A DNA stretch of 64,000 nt from Anaeramoeba ignava BMAN (taxonomy: Eukaryota > Protista > Anaeramoebae): assembly GCA_028826165.1 (NCBI GenBank), contig JAPDFW010000077.1:124001-188000 (forward strand), read 5' to 3'. The notes below the pieces were generated by a model that was not told the origin of the DNA, did no database searches, and worked only from the letters and a program-made list of their open reading frames with translations. The position numbers and the translations under genes are program-made. Positions 26,791 through 40,679 of this stretch are shown here, piece after piece (the first letter of the stretch is position 1; every line of letters starts with the position of its first letter).

Positions 26791-27496
26791 TTAATCAAGT
26801 TTAAAATGTTTTTTAACAAGTGAAAGTGCTTCTTCTTGTGTTGGAAATCGATATTCAGTATCTTTACTAAAAAGTAATACTTGAGGTTCTGAAGTTTGAA
26901 CATCACAAACGTAAATGTCAAATTGATCAGTATAACCTTTTTTACCAAAGACTTTGATTCCTTCTATGTTTTCATTAAGAATATCTCGAATATCTACAAA
27001 ATGTTCATAAGTTCCCTTTTTATATTTTTATTATAAATATATTTTATATTTTTATTTCATGTTTTTGTTATATTTTTATTATAAATTTATTTTATATTTT
27101 TATTATAAATTTATTTTTATATTTTTATTATAAATATATTTTATATTTTTATTATAAATATATTTTATATTTTTATTATAAATATATTTTATATTTTTAT
27201 TATAAATATATTTTATATTTTTGTTATAAATATATTTTATATTTTTATTATAAATATATTTTATATTTTTATTATAAATATATTTTATATTTTTATTATA
27301 AATATATTTTATATTTTTATTTCATATTTTTGTTATATTTTTATTATAAATATATTTTATATTTTTATTATAAATTTATTTTATATTTTTATTATATTTT
27401 TATTTCATGTTTTTGTTATATTTTTATTATAAATTTTACCTTGCATCATCCTAATTCCAAAAAAATACAAACTCTATATTTAATTTCTCGACTCAT
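26791..27496 (-). CDS. Rdx-family (SelW/SelT/SelH-like) selenoprotein, about 93 aa; exons 27496-27440 and 27015-26791; UGA at 27448-27446 read as Sec
   Basis: MSREIKYRVCIFLELG-U-CK|GTYEHFVDIRDILNENIEGIKVFGKKGYTDQFDIYVCDVQTSEPQVLLFSKDTEYRFPTQEEALSLVKKHFKLD*. Rdx hallmarks FxIxV and LLFSK..RFP..EE; phase-0 GT-AG intron; SECIS about 75 nt after the stop. Confidence 0.85.
27020..27437. repeat. Intronic satellite (TATATTTTTATTATAAATATATTT)n, 24-mer
   Basis: Tandem 24-mers fill the selenoprotein intron. Confidence 0.9.
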
Positions 27497-27658
27497 TTTT
27501 AAAATATTTTTTGAATAAAAAATGAAAGAAAATGAAAGAAAATGAAAGAAAATGAAAAAGAAAATGAAAAAATGAAAATTTTTTAATTTTTCATTTTTCA
27601 TTTTTCATTTTTCATTTTCCTTTTTTATTATTTTAATTCGTATTTAAATTATTTAAAA

Positions 27659-30227
<2,569 letters not shown>

Positions 30228-30479
30228 ATTTTAATTTTAATTTTAATTTTCAATTTTATTTCATGTTTAATTTTTTTTTTCTTAATAATAAAAAAAATTA
30301 ATAAAAAAAAACAATCATTTTGAATTTAAAAATTTCTAAAAATTAATTTCTTCTTTAATTTCTAAATTGATTTTGTTTTAATTTCTTTATTTTAACTCAA
30401 ATATAAATTTAAAATTTAAATCTAAATTTTTCTTTTTTTTTTTGGATTAAAAATAATAAAAATAATAATAAAAAAAGTA

Positions 30480-31081
30480 TCAATCATTATTTTGTTCATC
30501 ATCATTAACTTTCTCTTCTATTTAAATAAAAAATAATTTAATTAAAATTTAATTTAAAATTTAATTTAAAATTTAAAATTTAATTTAAAATTTAAAATTT
30601 AAAATTTACGAATGAGTTCTAAATGAAAAGAAAAATATAAAAAATGAAGTAAGTATTAAATAGATTTGAGACATTTAATTAAAGAGTATAAAAATACCTG
30701 AAATTGCTCTTTGAGTTCTTTTTTCTAATTTATTTAATTTTTTTTCAACATCTCTTTTTAAATCCCAATTAATTTTTTTTGGAATCAATTCAAGTAAATC
30801 TCCATCAACCTTATAAATTATAAGTAAAATTAAAACATAAAAAAGTAAATATAAGTTGATAAGAAACTGAATTTAATTGCATTTCAAATTAAATTCTCAG
30901 TTATTTTTGATTTTACGTCATTAAATTGATTTGATTTTTTTTGTGATTGTTGAATCATTTTTTCCATCATTTTTTCAGCATTTTTAACTGTTTCAGGAAT
31001 TGGTTGTTTGTATTTTTGAAGATTTTCATCTTTAGGAGAATAATTTCTAAAGTGAAGATTATCGAAATTATTTTTATTCAT
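30480..31081 (-). CDS. CCDC12: Splicing factor CWF18/CCDC12; exons 31081-30917, 30809-30698, 30618-30610, 30517-30480
   Basis: LHFRNYSPKDENL and LIPKKINWDLKRDVEKKLNKLEKRTQRAIS-ELI-QEKV motifs; a 9-nt microexon restores the conserved ELI. Confidence 0.9.
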
Positions 31082-31192
31082 TTTTTTTTATATAATTTAT
31101 TTTTTATTTAATTTTTATTGAAAAATTTGAAAAAAAAAAAATGAAAAAATTTTTTCCATTTTTTTTTTCTTTTCTTTTTTTATTTAAATTTA

Positions 31193-33756
31193 ATGAGTGA
31201 AAAAGAAAAAGAAGAAATTCTTTATTATACAAAATCTATTTGTCCAAAATGCACTTTTGTTGATAGAAAAGGAGTTATTTTTATTGATGCTCGTGTTGTA
31301 AAAAGAAAACAAAAAAATAACGAAAATTATCAAGTTTTTTTAGTTTCAGAATGTCAAATTCATGGAGAAATGAATACTTTATATTGTTCAGAATCTGATT
31401 TTTTTGAGCAAGTAATTAAAATTAAAATTGAAATTCATTTTAAAATTAAATTTGAAATTCATTTATGAAATTAAAATTGAAATTAAAATTAAAATTAAAA
31501 TTAAAATTAAAATTAAAATTAAAATTATATTTGAAATTAAAATTAAAATTAAAATTATATTTGAAATTAAAATTCATTTATAAAATTAAAATTAAAATTA
31601 TATTTGAAATTAAAATTAAAATTAAAATTCATTTTAAAATTAAAATTATATTTAAAATTATAATTATAATTAAATTCATTTATAAAATTAAAATTGAAAT
31701 TAAAATTAAAATTATATTTGAAATTAAAATTAAAATTAAAATTATATTTGAAATTAAAATTATATTTAAAATTAAAATTAAAATTATATTTGAAATTGAA
31801 ATTAAAATTAAAATTAAAATTAAAATTAAAATTAAAATTATATTTGAAATTAAAATTCATTTATAAAATTAAAATTAAAATTAAAATTATATTTGAAATT
31901 AAAATTCATTTATAAAATTAAAATTAAAATTCATTTATAAAATTATATTTAAAATTAAAATTCATTTTAAAATTAAAATTCATTTTAAAATTGAAATTAA
32001 AATTAAAATTATAATTAAAATTAAAATTAAAATTAAAATTATATTTGAAATTAAAATTATAATTATAATTAAAATTAAAATTAAAATTAAAATTAAAATT
32101 ATAATTAAAATTATAATTAAAATTATAATTGAAATTAAAATTATATTTAAAATTGAAATTATAATTAAAATTAAAATTAAAATTAAAATTAAAATTCATT
32201 TATAAAATTAAAATTAAAATTATATTTGAAATTAAAATTAAAATTAAAATTATATTTGAAATTAAAATTCATTTTGAAATTAAAATTCATTTTGAAATTA
32301 AAATTCATTTATGAAATTTATGTTTAAAGACAATATTCTATAATAAACACATGTTTCGATCTCAAAGACATCAATTACTTTCCAAATCAAAATTTGATAT
32401 AGAAGATATTTGGAAATTTTCAGAAATCAAAAAAACAAATGTAAATAATAATCTTCCATTAATGATTACATTAAATATTTCAGAAAATCAACAATTAATT
32501 GAAGATGAAGAAATAGTTAGAAAAATTCGAACAATAAAATCTTTTTTTCCAAATACAAAACAAGTATTTTTTTTAATTGAATTAAAAATTATAATTTAAA
32601 ATTTAAAATGAAAATTAAAAATTTAAAGCTTGTTATAAAATTAGCTGGTCGTATTATTAATGAAATTGAATTATTTAACTATAAATGCAGATTTGTTGAT
32701 TCAATTCTTCCAGAAGAATTTACAATTTTTATTGAAATTTCAGTTGAAAAAATGTTCACTTTAACAAAATTAGAAAAATCAATTTTATTAAAAACAAGAG
32801 TTTATCCAAATGTGAAATATTATTTACAACAAGGAGATGAATCCAATTTCACAGAAAGAATTACAGAATTAATTAAAGAAATGCAAAAAATCAAAGATAT
32901 TGCTTTGTTATTAACTGTTGTTGTTGAAAGACCTTTTCCAAAATTAGAATCAATTTTATCAACATTTATTAATCAAAAGGGATTTATTCCAACAGTAATT
33001 TTTGAGATTGAAAGACCACTTTCACAAATATTAAAAGGAATTTTTCCACAAAATCAAAATGAAAATTCAAATCAAAATGAAAATTCAAATCAAAATTTAA
33101 ATCAAAATTCAAATCAAAATTTAAATCAAAATTCAAATCAAAATCAAAATTCAAATCAAAATTCAAATCAAGAATTTGGAAATGTTGATCCTATTGAGTT
33201 TATTGACTTAATTATAAAAAGTGCACAAGAAATTCATCTGCAAATTAAAAGAACTGATTTTCTTCCTTCAAGTTTAATTGTTTCTGTTGAACCCTTTCTT
33301 TCTTTATTTGGATATGGAAAATTTTCATTAAGAATTTCTCCTTTTTGTAGTTTCTTTTGTGTTTTAATTACAACTTCATCTCTTAACAATTATCCACTTT
33401 CAAGATTGTTTGATTTGAAAAAATTTTTTGAACAAATGTCAAAAGATATTAATTCACTTAAAGATGCTAAAAAAATTGGATGGATAACAGCAAAGAAAAC
33501 TCAAAAATTAGTCAAATCTTGTATTTTGGATCGTAAAAATGTTCCTGATAATTTTCTTTCATATCTTATTGATGAATCAAAAAAAGAAATTGTTGAGAAA
33601 TTTCTAGCAAATATTCAAATCATTTTGATTCATAATAAAATGGATCTTGCAAGTGTTGATTTACAAAGAAGAACTCATTGTCCATTTTTACAGTTTTCTG
33701 AAAATGGAAAAACACTAGATGGTCTTTCAACATCTTGTTGCACAGGATGTCTTTAA
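31193..33756 (+). CDS. Degenerate radical-SAM protein related to the Tes/MJ0619 (COG1964-like) family; exons 31193-31411, 32330-32563, 32629-33756
   Basis: TKSICPKC..A.V..VFLVSECQIHGE..LYCSESDFF, SPFCSFFCVL..YPLSRLFDLKKFF and HNKMDLASVDLQRRTHC follow the family pattern; both introns are phase-0 GT-AG. Confidence 0.7.
31415..32320. repeat. Intronic satellite of AAATTA hexamers with TATTTG/CATTTA variants
   Basis: Fills intron 1 of the radical-SAM-like gene; source of spurious KL/NF ORFs. Confidence 0.9.
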
Positions 33757-33890
33757 AATGATTCTATTCTTTTTTTTTTTCTTTTTTAATAAAAAAAAAT
33801 TTTTTTTTTGGAATTTAGAATTCGGGAAAAAATTTTTTCTTTTTATTAAAAATTCTAAAATGATTTTCTTTTTGTTTTTTTTTTGTTTTT

Positions 33891-36602
33891 TCATTTCTTC
33901 AACTTGTAAACATTATTTGAATTTGAATACTCAATTATTCCATCACGAACAAGTTGAGACAAAAAATCACGAAGTTCAAGAGCAGTTTTATCAAAAGGAG
34001 GATCTGTAACAAACATTTTTAACATATTAAATATTCTTTCCAAAGGCATTTCTTCAAAATTAGTTAGCATTCCAATAATAAATTGTTGATAAATTTGAAT
34101 TTCTGTTTGGTTGCTTTCTCTTTGAATTTGAGAAGAAGTGAAATTTTCGTCATCAGAATCAACAAAATCATTTGCAACTTCATCAGTATTTGTATTAGTT
34201 TGGGATTTTGATTTTGAAGGTGTTTTTTGTGATTGATTTTGTAATTGATTTTCATGTTCAGAAATTGAATCAATAAGATAATAACTATTTCCTCTATCAG
34301 AAGTATTTATGATCCCATTTTTAATCCAAAATGACAAATTACTGCGCAATATTTTATCATCAGAAATTTTCAAAGATTCTTTCAATTCGGAAAAACTCCA
34401 AATTTCTTTTTCTTGAAATTTCATTATTAAACTTGCCAAAATTGGAGAAACTGCGAAATCAAGTGTTTTATCTGAATTCCGGAAACCAAGAGTTAATTCA
34501 ACAACTCCCAAATCAGGTTTCCAATTGAGTTGTCTGGGTTTTTTCAAGTTATGATATTCTTTTGCGTATTTTTCCATCATATTCTGAATTCTTGTTGGAA
34601 GTTGGAATTCAATAGAACGGAAATTAGGCCAAAATAATTCTGAAATGATATGAGAACGGAAAATATATTCTCCTTCATAATAATCAAGAGGGTTTGAATT
34701 CTGCTCAGAATTTTTAGTTTCAGTTTCATTTTCGTTTTGGTTTTGAATGTTTGTAAAAATTCTTTTGGAATCTGAAATATCCTTAATCATAACTTCGCAG
34801 TTATGGAAAGAACTTTCTCCAAATCTTATTTTAAGAAGCTCGAGCATTTTAACTTCCTTATCAATATCAAAACTTGTATTTGCAAGCAGTTTATCTGCTA
34901 AAACAAGTCTATATTCGGAAACAATGGGATCTTTTGATCCGAAAATATTGATCATGTGACCAATAATATCGATATTTTTCTTCAAATTCACAACAGCAGA
35001 TAATGTTTTGGAGCTTGAATAGATTGGATCAGGATTCCATTCTTCATTTTCGTCTTCTTGACCACTAAAATAGTCAAATTCATCGCTGGTGTCTCCATAT
35101 GCCTGGGAATTATCCAAATCATAAATATCATTTTCATCACTATCATCGTAATTGAAGAATTGATTTGTTTCATCATTCATTCCGCTCAGTATTTGATGCT
35201 CCTCAGATTGCAAACGATGCGAATTTTGATCTGCAAATTGCATTTCAACAATATGCATTGGTTTTGCAGCATATTTTTCCAATTCCTCATAAAGTTCTCC
35301 ATTTTCCTCATCAACCAAATTAGAAATGATACAACTTATTGCATCTTGTCTTTTCTTCAAATATTTGCATATGGGTTCACTGACAATTTCCAGCATGAAT
35401 CCGCTGGGTTCCAATATTTTCAAAGCTTTTATTGTGGATAAAAATTGTGTGATTATGTCTGATGTGCTTGCGCCTTGGTGAAGAAGACGTGACAGATATG
35501 ATTTGCGCAATGATTTTCCAACTTTCAAATAATTCCCTGTTTTTTCTATGCACAATTTCAAATCCATCAAAGCAGACATGCTGTCTGGAAAATCGACTAT
35601 AATTTCAAACAACTCATTTAATCTTGCCTCCTCGATTTTCTGATAAATCAAATTTTCAAAATACTCCTTGTGCGGCTTGAAATCATAATGTGGATTGGCT
35701 TCGAATAATATTGTCTTCAATTTGCTATTCTTTTGACTGTCTTTTGTGTTGATAGTTATTTTCTTTTCGTTGAAAAATGTGAAAAAAATTTTCTCAAACC
35801 AAATCATTGCCACATTTGAAACCCAATTCAACATTTTTGGCAAGGCTTTGCTGCCAAAATCCCCAACAATATTGTCTTTGATAATATGTTCAATTTCTCT
35901 AAAAATACTTTCAAATGCAATTTCCTCCAAAAAAGGTGAAAAATTCATTTGGAATAGTAATCCAACAAAATCTTTGAAATATTTTGAAATATCGATTTTT
36001 GAGTCTTGATTTGAAATGTTAATTTCGTTATCTTCATATTCATCTGTTAAATTATTAGTCACTTCACTGCAAAACTGTAAAAAATTAAAATGGAATATTT
36101 TCTTGATTAAATCTTTCAAAAATTCTTCTTGTTTTGTTTGGAATAACGCAATATGAACCAAACCAAAAAGCTTTGCGCTTGAATCTTGATTGAAAATGTG
36201 GTTGTTAATTTCCATAAAACGAGTAAACGAATTGATTTTATTGGAAAATGTTTGCAAAGCTTGAAAAATATTTTCTTGATTTCCAATAATAAAATCTTCT
36301 TCTTCAAATAAATTATTAAATTCTTCTTGATTTTTTCCAGATAAAATGTTTTTATAAAGTTGAGGAATTAATTCAAATTGAAGTAAATGAACAATTTTTT
36401 GGAAAAAAAGATCAACAAAAGAAGGAATTAAAAATAAATTTGAATTTGAATTTGAATTTGAATTTGAATTTGAATTTGAATTTGAATTTGATTTTTTGTT
36501 ATCAAATAATAATTTCGATTTTAAATTAATTTGATTAAAATTATCTTGAGAAAGTAATTGGAATGTTTGAATAAAAGAAGAAGTTTGTAAATTATTTATC
36601 AT
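33891..36602 (-). CDS. ANAPC2: Anaphase-promoting complex subunit 2 (cullin-like)
   Basis: ELFEIIVDFPDS, RLLHQGASTSDIITQF, WNPDP, IFGSKD..EYR..LADKLL, ELLKIRFGE..CEVMIKDISDSKR, C-terminal winged helix IIGMLTNF..PLERI. Confidence 0.95.
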   Translation of the reverse strand: MINNLQTSSFIQTFQLLSQDNFNQINLKSKLLFDNKKSNSNSNSNSNSNSNSNSNLFLIPSFVDLFFQKIVHLLQFELIPQLYKNILSGKNQEEFNNLFEEEDFIIGNQENIFQALQTFSNKINSFTRFMEINNHIFNQDSSAKLFGLVHIALFQTKQEEFLKDLIKKIFHFNFLQFCSEVTNNLTDEYEDNEINISNQDSKIDISKYFKDFVGLLFQMNFSPFLEEIAFESIFREIEHIIKDNIVGDFGSKALPKMLNWVSNVAMIWFEKIFFTFFNEKKITINTKDSQKNSKLKTILFEANPHYDFKPHKEYFENLIYQKIEEARLNELFEIIVDFPDSMSALMDLKLCIEKTGNYLKVGKSLRKSYLSRLLHQGASTSDIITQFLSTIKALKILEPSGFMLEIVSEPICKYLKKRQDAISCIISNLVDEENGELYEELEKYAAKPMHIVEMQFADQNSHRLQSEEHQILSGMNDETNQFFNYDDSDENDIYDLDNSQAYGDTSDEFDYFSGQEDENEEWNPDPIYSSSKTLSAVVNLKKNIDIIGHMINIFGSKDPIVSEYRLVLADKLLANTSFDIDKEVKMLELLKIRFGESSFHNCEVMIKDISDSKRIFTNIQNQNENETETKNSEQNSNPLDYYEGEYIFRSHIISELFWPNFRSIEFQLPTRIQNMMEKYAKEYHNLKKPRQLNWKPDLGVVELTLGFRNSDKTLDFAVSPILASLIMKFQEKEIWSFSELKESLKISDDKILRSNLSFWIKNGIINTSDRGNSYYLIDSISEHENQLQNQSQKTPSKSKSQTNTNTDEVANDFVDSDDENFTSSQIQRESNQTEIQIYQQFIIGMLTNFEEMPLERIFNMLKMFVTDPPFDKTALELRDFLSQLVRDGIIEYSNSNNVYKLKK

Positions 36603-36699
36603 TTTAAATTGAAAATAAAATTAAAAAAATGAAAAAAAAGATTTTTTGATTTTTTGATTTTTTCATTTTTTCATTTTTTTTTAAATCAAAAATCTAAAA

Positions 36700-38660
36700 A
36701 TGGATTTAGAAAAAGAAACAGAACAAAAATTAAATGATGTTTGGTTTTTGGGTCGTAATTCTTTTCCTGATTTAATAAAAAATCCTGAATTACAAATTAC
36801 AACATTATTTCAAGTTGATTTTTTCGAACAAGAAAAAAGAATAATCCAAATAGCAATGAATTGGAGAATGTTAATGATTCTTTTTGAAAACGGAAGAGCA
36901 TTTGAATATTATAATGATTCAAGCCAAACTGAAACCAAAATCCAAATTGAGAATATTCAAAAAATATCAGTTGGCACTCGAATTAATGCAGTTTTAACAA
37001 AAAAAGGAGAAGTATTTGCAAGAGGAAATTATATCAATTCAAGAAATCAAAAGGAATTTATAAATGTTTCAGAAATGATTGAATTTTCTGATGACAAGTT
37101 TATGATTGATATTGTTTGTGGAGCAGATACAGCTTATTTATTAAGTTCGCAAGGAAATGTTTATGCAGTTGGTGATAATCATTCTTTTGAATTTGGTTGC
37201 AATTTACCAAAAGAATCACAAAAACCAATTTGTATTAAATCAAATGTTTACAAAATTTTTTCCAGTGGAAATTGTAATTTTGCATTCTTTTTATCCAGAA
37301 AGCAAAAATTGTATGGATGCGGCAGAAATGATAGAAGTCAACTTGGTTTAGGCAAAGATAAAAGAAGGCAAATGATCAAAATGGAAAAAATCGAAAATGT
37401 TTCAAATATCAGAATAATCGAGATTAAAACTTGTAGTTCCTATTCAGTTATCTTCGGTGAAGATGAGGAAACCGGCGAAAAAAAGCTTTATTTGTCTGGG
37501 ATTACTGGAATATATCCAAATAAGAAAAAAAAAACAGAAGAATTTATTGAATTTAAATCACCTCTATTTGAAAATGATGATATTCTCCAAATTTCTGTTG
37601 GAAATACTTATACTTTTTTTTTAACTTCTAATCGCAAACTCTTTCAATTTTGGGAATCTACTTTTGATCATTTGATAAATAACAAAACTGAGTATCAACC
37701 TGCCAAGGAATTTGATCTTTCTCATTTACCATTTGATATTTTCAGTTACCAAATTTGTGGAATAACGGAGAATTTTTTTCTTTACTCTTCGTTTTTTTCC
37801 AATCTTGAAGATGATTTGAATAATTTATTACAAAGAAAAGAATTTTGTGATATTTCATTTAAAACCGAAAATGGAGAAATAATTGAAGCTCATAAATTAA
37901 TATTGAAATATAGATTAAATCAAAATCAAAATCAAAATCAAATTGAAAAACTTCAAGAAATTATTTCAAAAAAATCAATTAAAGAATCAAATCAAATATT
38001 TGAAATGATTTATTCAAACAGAATAATAAATCCAAAATTATATTCTGAAATTAAAGAAATTATAAATGAAAGTGAAAGAATTGAAGAAACAATGAAAAGA
38101 ATTTATTTAAATGAAAATGAAAAAGATTTTACAATTGAAAAAAAAGAAAAGAAATATAAATTTCCCAAATTAATATTAATAATGAGAAGTGAATTATATC
38201 GAGGAATGTTTTTATCTGTAACTGAAGATGATTCAAATAAAGTTACAGATTATAGTGAATTAAGTAATGAATCATTTGAAATATTAGAATATTGGATTTA
38301 TACAAATCAAATTAAAGAAGGATCAAAAATCACAAAAGAAATACTTGAAGAACTTGAAAGAGGAATGGATTATTTTCAATTAAATCCAATAAATCCAAAT
38401 ATAGTTTCTTCAACAATTGATTATTTGAACAAAAATCGTAAAAAGAGGATAAAAAAGAAAGAAAAAGATAATAATAATAATGATAATGAAAAAGATAATA
38501 ATAATAATAATAATGAAAAGATAATAATAATAATGAAAAAGATAATAATAATAATGATGAAAAAGATAATAATAATAATGAAAAAGAAAAAGGAAAAGAT
38601 TTAAATTCTCATATCAGTGAAGATCTCAAAAAGAAAAATTCGAATTGTTTCATTTTATAA
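36700..38660 (+). CDS. RCC1-repeat + tandem BTB protein; a 1-nt correction near 38518 extends it to a CaaX end (KKKNSNCFIL*)
   Basis: RCC1 blades (GCGRNDRSQLGLG), EFCDISF..AHKLIL and LILIMRSELYRGMF BTB motifs; ORF track frame stops at 38604. Confidence 0.85.
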
Positions 38661-38712
38661 TTTTTTTTTTCATTTTTTTCATTTTTTTCATTTTTTTTCA
38701 TTTTTTATTTTA

Positions 38713-40617
38713 ATGAGCAAATTTAAAAAAATAAATGATATTTGGACTTTTGAAATTAAAAAATATCATATCCAACAACAGAAATCATCACAAATTATCA
38801 AATGCAAAAAATTTAATTTTTTAGAAGAAGAATCACAAGTGAAACAAATAGCTTCAGGAGAATTTTCAACAATTTTCCTTTTAGAAAATGGAAAAGTAAT
38901 TGAATATTACAAAAAAGCAAATATAAGTGAAAAACTGTCAATTGAAAATATAAGAAAAGTATCAGCTGGGTTTAAAATGATAGCATTTTTAACTACAGAA
39001 AGAGAAGTTATTATGACAAGAGAAGATGAAAATCCAATAAAAGATGATCCGTTTAGGAATATTTCAAATTTGATTGAATATCCAAGAGATAGAATAATTT
39101 CAGATGTTGTTTGTGGAGCTAATTCAGTTTATTTACTCAGTGAAAATGGAAATTCTTATGGAATTGGTTCAAATTATTGGCATCAACTTGGTTATAAACC
39201 AGAAGATAAAACTAAAAAATTGGAGAAATCAGAAAAACCCATTTTCATGATGAGCAATGTTTCTAAAATTTATTCAGGAAGTTATTCACATTCCGTTTTT
39301 CTTTTAACTTCAAATCAAAAATTATTTTGTTGTGGAGATAATCAATATGGCCAACTTGGATTGATAAAAGGAAAAGAAGAAATCAAAACATTAACGCAAA
39401 TTGAAAATCTTCCTGAGGGAAAAATACTTGATATCCGAATGGGACATGACCATTCAGTCATGCTCATTGAAGAGAAAAGCGATATAAGAAAAATTTATTC
39501 ATGTGGAGGTCGAGTTTATAATCGATATCAAGTCAAAGAAAGGAAAACAGAATTTACTGAAATCAAAACTCCATTGGATCCAGATGAGAATATTCTCGAA
39601 ATGAGAACAGCTGAATTGGTCACTCTCATTTTAACTTCCAATGGGAAATTGATCGGATTTGGAAGAACCAATGGATTAATGCAAATATCAGGAAATATCA
39701 ACAACTATTTAACCCCAATCAGAATACAACTTCCGAAATTGTCTTTTGATATTTCCAATTATCATATTTCTTGTGGCGATGAAGTATCTTTTCTTTATTC
39801 ATCTTTATTTACAAGTCTTCATGCTGATTTGGTTGAATTATTCCAAAGACAAGAATTTTGTGATGTTCTTTTTGATACAATCGATAACCAGCAAATTGGA
39901 GCTCATCAATTAATATTGAAATACAGATTAAAAGACTATCAAAATCAATTGGGAAAGCTCAGAAGCATCATCTCACTAAAAACACTTAAAGAGGCAAATC
40001 AAATATTTCCAACAATTTATTCAAATAAGCAGATCACATCAATCAATTTAGAATCTTCAATTCAAGAACTTTTGAACGAAGAAAGTATTATTGAAACAAT
40101 TAAAAGAATTTATTTGAATGAGAATGAAAATGAAAAAGATTTTACTATCAAAAGAGAAGAAAAAGAATATAAATTTCCCAAATTAATATTAATAATGAGA
40201 AGTGAATTATATCGAGGAATGTTTTTAGCTGTAACAGAAGATGATTCAAATGAAGTTACAGATTATAGTGAATTAAGTACTGAATCATTTCAAATATTAG
40301 AATATTGGATTTATTCAAATCAAATTAAAGAAGGAATTAAAATTACGAAAGAAATTATCGAAGAATTAAAGAAAGCAATGGATTATTTTCAATTAAATGA
40401 ACTTAATCCAAATTTAGTTTCTTCAGCAATTGATCTATATAACAAAACTCATAAAGGAAGAATAATTAAAAATATTGAAGAAAATCCAAAATTGAATTTA
40501 AATTCAAATTCAAATCAAAATATAAATCAAAATTTAAATCAAAACCAAAATCCAAATCAAAATCAAAATCAAAATCAAAATCCAAATCAAAATCAAAAAA
40601 AGTGTGAAATTTTTTAA
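38713..40617 (+). CDS. RCC1-repeat + tandem BTB protein with CaaX (KKCEIF*)
   Basis: CCGDNQYGQLGL, IRMGHDHSV blades; BTB motifs; ATG at 38713 follows CATTTTTT repeats. Confidence 0.88.
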   Translation: MSKFKKINDIWTFEIKKYHIQQQKSSQIIKCKKFNFLEEESQVKQIASGEFSTIFLLENGKVIEYYKKANISEKLSIENIRKVSAGFKMIAFLTTEREVIMTREDENPIKDDPFRNISNLIEYPRDRIISDVVCGANSVYLLSENGNSYGIGSNYWHQLGYKPEDKTKKLEKSEKPIFMMSNVSKIYSGSYSHSVFLLTSNQKLFCCGDNQYGQLGLIKGKEEIKTLTQIENLPEGKILDIRMGHDHSVMLIEEKSDIRKIYSCGGRVYNRYQVKERKTEFTEIKTPLDPDENILEMRTAELVTLILTSNGKLIGFGRTNGLMQISGNINNYLTPIRIQLPKLSFDISNYHISCGDEVSFLYSSLFTSLHADLVELFQRQEFCDVLFDTIDNQQIGAHQLILKYRLKDYQNQLGKLRSIISLKTLKEANQIFPTIYSNKQITSINLESSIQELLNEESIIETIKRIYLNENENEKDFTIKREEKEYKFPKLILIMRSELYRGMFLAVTEDDSNEVTDYSELSTESFQILEYWIYSNQIKEGIKITKEIIEELKKAMDYFQLNELNPNLVSSAIDLYNKTHKGRIIKNIEENPKLNLNSNSNQNINQNLNQNQNPNQNQNQNQNPNQNQKKCEIF

Positions 40618-40679
40618 ATTTGTTTTTTTTTTTAATCAATGAAAGAATTTTTATTTGAAGAAAAAAAAAAAAAAGATTT

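Noticed and set aside
26709-26948. 79-aa ORF in the track
   Set aside because: Wrong frame of the selenoprotein second exon and UTR.
27451-27472. Tiny intron GTTTGT..TTAG that would remove the need for UGA decoding
   Set aside because: Removing 22 nt shifts exon 2 out of the Rdx frame into a TAG; removing 18 nt leaves UGA in frame; both are far shorter than other introns here.
31465-32199. Poly-KL/NF/IL ORFs here and at 5632-6088, 9707-9922, 10389-10781
   Set aside because: Translations of hexamer satellites or shadow frames, with no coding signal.
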